NCBI RefSeq assembly: GCF_021869535.1
Contig: NW_026262723.1
Coordinates: forward strand, 111,228,001 to 111,292,000
Origin: Mytilus californianus
Lineage: Eukaryota
DNA: 64,000 bases
Reading direction: 5' to 3'
The position numbers and the translations under genes are program-made. This document shows positions 61,201 through 64,000 of this stretch, piece by piece. The notes beneath the pieces are model-generated. The model was not told the DNA's origin. It did no database searches and was given only the letters and a program-made list of their open reading frames with translations. Every line of letters starts with the position of its first letter. Position 1 is the stretch's first letter.

Positions 61201-62853
61201 ATAATATATTAGTACAATATAATAGTCACAAGTTTGTGCGACAACCCAAAGGTGAGAAACAACTTTACAATAATTTTGGACCAATGTCTGGTATGGATAT
61301 AAAAATACACACTATCATAAAGAAAACAGCCCATAATACATACATTTCACAATCTTGTCGTTCATATAAACCCTCTTTGAAGGCTATATTTATTAATCTT
61401 TAATCAGCTATCCAAAATTGAATTTTATTGCACACCAACTTCACGTTTATATTTGAAAAAATCAACTGGGGCCAAAATACGAAACCACACAACTAACTGT
61501 GATGTGCTGCATAAGCAGATCCTGCGCCTCATGTGGCACCCATCATGTTGCTCATGAATTGAATTAATGACATTCGCAAATATATGCAATCCATGCCGTC
61601 TGAACCAGTTCAAGAAATGATGAAGCTTCGGAAAAAACAACAACATCAATCTAGAGCCTTACATTTCCTCCCTTTTTGATATGTGCATGCGCTAATATAA
61701 AATAATGTTTACGGAGGACGTCTGCGTTTTTTTTCCCTGTCCGTTATGGTCTATACGCGTATATGTATCTGTACACCGGTTATTGGTTTAGAAAGCCCGA
61801 TCCCGAGCCGTACAGATACCAGCCTCATTTTCATTCTTTTCTTCTGAAACACGCTCCAGCCATTGTTGTCAGAAAGAAACCCACCAAAGGCTGAAAGAAA
61901 ACTCCACCATTATTCTAAGGTTGTTGCAAATATAATCAACGAATCTCTCATATAAAATTGAGAATGGAAATGGGGAATATATGCATATATAGCCCAGACC
62001 TGAGACGAGTTTGTGTATCTAAACTAATCAGACAGTAGTTTTCGGCTATGCTAATTTAACTGTTTTATCCATGAAAAATTATTTGTATATGCCGCATTCA
62101 ATTTCAACCCATTTTTTGAGCTGATAAAACTCAATCAGGTTGTAAGAACTTGATGCAGATGTATCACAAATTACCAATTGTTTATTTTCTAGTGAAATTT
62201 TTCTGTTGGGTGAGTGCTACTTCAGTACATGTATCCTCGTGTATTGTATTTTCGACCTACTAACATATTTCTCCGAATTTCCCTTTTATATGTTTGAACA
62301 TAGACATGCCTAATATTTTGAGAGTCACTAGTATACTTGTGCATAAAATAATTGTATCTGAAATATATTTCGATCTTAAATTATTTTTTTATTTGAGTTC
62401 ATTAGATCGATGGCACGTTTGTTGACAAAAACTAGCGTCTTGTGTTTTCGACCTATCTAAAAAACTGGTCCAAAGTCGGAAATGACATGTCGTACAAATC
62501 CGGAATTGGTTAAAATTTGATGCCAATGTCTATATCAAATTATTTAAATTGTTAGGAGGCGATCAAACTTAGGACTTAATGAATTAAATGGTTACATATA
62601 CAACTTTAAGATAAAAAATATTATTTTGATATCTTTATTTGACTAGTTGTACACATTTCACATGAGGCACTTTGGAAGCAAGTTTGATCTTGTATACAGT
62701 CATTTTTTTGTTCAATACTTTAGTGAAGGCATTGCAGAGTGAGTATTGTCTGTAATTTCCACTGACAGACTGTTGTTTCTGTAAATTAGAATTAATCTAT
62801 ATTTTATTTTTTTAGTGAAAAGCTGTAAGGATCATGCAGATTTCCGTATTAAA

Positions 62854-63552
62854 CAGTCAGGGGTACTACTTAAACAAGTGATTTCAGAATCACTTCCTCG
62901 AGTGATTTTGGCTGTGAAATATTAAAAATTTTCACACAGACTTTTTAAAATCACTGAAACAAGTAATTTTAGAAGTTAAAATGTAATCACTTTAATAAGT
63001 GTTTATAACATGTTCTTGATATTTTTCCCACAAGCTTGATTTTTTTATTGGTAAAAAGACAACAATTCCATTGAAAAAACAACTATGTACATGCAGAAAT
63101 TGTCTTTTGCTTGATAAGCCTGACACTTTTACAGTTTTTTTAAGATATGCAAAAACTGGAATAATTTGTAGATCAGGTCATAACCTTGAAGTAGATCATT
63201 CTAACTCTAAAGAAAACCAATCAGGTTACCTAATATTGTTGATCTTTGTCTGATAGTAAGAGGAGTTAATGAATTTTTGATTACAGAAAAATTCACAAGG
63301 GTACTTTTAAAAGCTTTAGCGCACTAACTTACTGCCCAAGCGCACTGGTGAAATTAATATACAAAGAAAAAGGGATAATTGATTTATGTAGGAAAATTTT
63401 AGAAAAGATAGTGAAAATATGGAAAATCAATGAAATTAGCATTTGAAGATCAAAGAAAACACTAAAATCACTTAAATAGGTGATAACTGAATTTATCAAA
63501 TCACTGAAATAAGTGATGATGAAATCACTTGTTTAAGTAGCACCCCTGACTG
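62854..63552. mobile_element. ~700-bp MITE with ~30-bp TIRs
   Basis: CAGTCAGGGGTACTACTTAAACAAGTGATTT / AAATCACTTGTTTAAGTAGCACCCCTGACTG; no clear TSD. Confidence 0.7.
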
Positions 63553-64000
63553 TTAAAAATAACTTTTAGTATTACAACTAACCACCTGACAGTCATGTGA
63601 CTTAATGACCTGGATGCAAACTTCACGTGCAAAAGGTCCCCTGCCATATTTCTAGAATATTTGTTTATTTTTTTTTATAGATTCTTTTTGAAGGTTAAAA
63701 TAGTATTAGTAAAAGGGTACATAAATGTGATATCAATTAATAAAACGTAAATACTTAATTACATTAACTTTACTTGGAACATCTTAACCACCACGTGGTA
63801 TTATTTGATATTATTACTAATTATAGCAGCCAAATATGACGTCACACGGACATGCGCAGCATACGGGAAGTGAATGTAGAATTAGGTTGAAAACGTAAGA
63901 CGGTCGAAAACACAATACGAGACGATATAATTTCCAAATAATTATGACGTCTTGAAAGGCTATTTTAATTTTTTTTAGTGTGATGCCTTCCTACCTGGTA

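Overview
AT-rich, intron-rich animal genomic DNA. The interspersed repeat families point to a bivalve, probably Mytilus (inference). All recognisable genes are on the minus strand and were assembled by hand from GT-AG junctions. There is a head-to-tail cluster of three acid-lipase (LIPA/LIPF family) genes: the first exon of one copy at 404-523, a complete 8-exon copy at 9179-16642 (408 aa) and a complete 8-exon copy at 22450-31279 (405 aa). There is also a complete 4-exon MOB1 gene at 39450-52966 (216 aa). The rest is transposon-derived: Penelope-like RT remnants, LINE 3' ends, Helentron/HINE-like elements, MITEs and satellites, with a 135-N gap at 27631-27765. The most unusual items are (1) a 540-bp retrozyme-like unit with an intact type I hammerhead ribozyme, inserted as a circularly permuted, divergently inverted >2-mer between duplicated target sequence (54248-55549); (2) a 3.07-kb element with ~506-bp TIRs that start with the RAG/Transib heptamer CACAGTG and a perfect 5-bp TSD (5888-8958); (3) a 24-bp tandem array made from a lipase exon end plus its splice donor, giving a series of cryptic donors (11860-12320); and (4) a 1.87-kb palindrome in a lipase intron. 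The 701-aa ORF at 43624-45729 is most likely a by-product of a 57-bp satellite.
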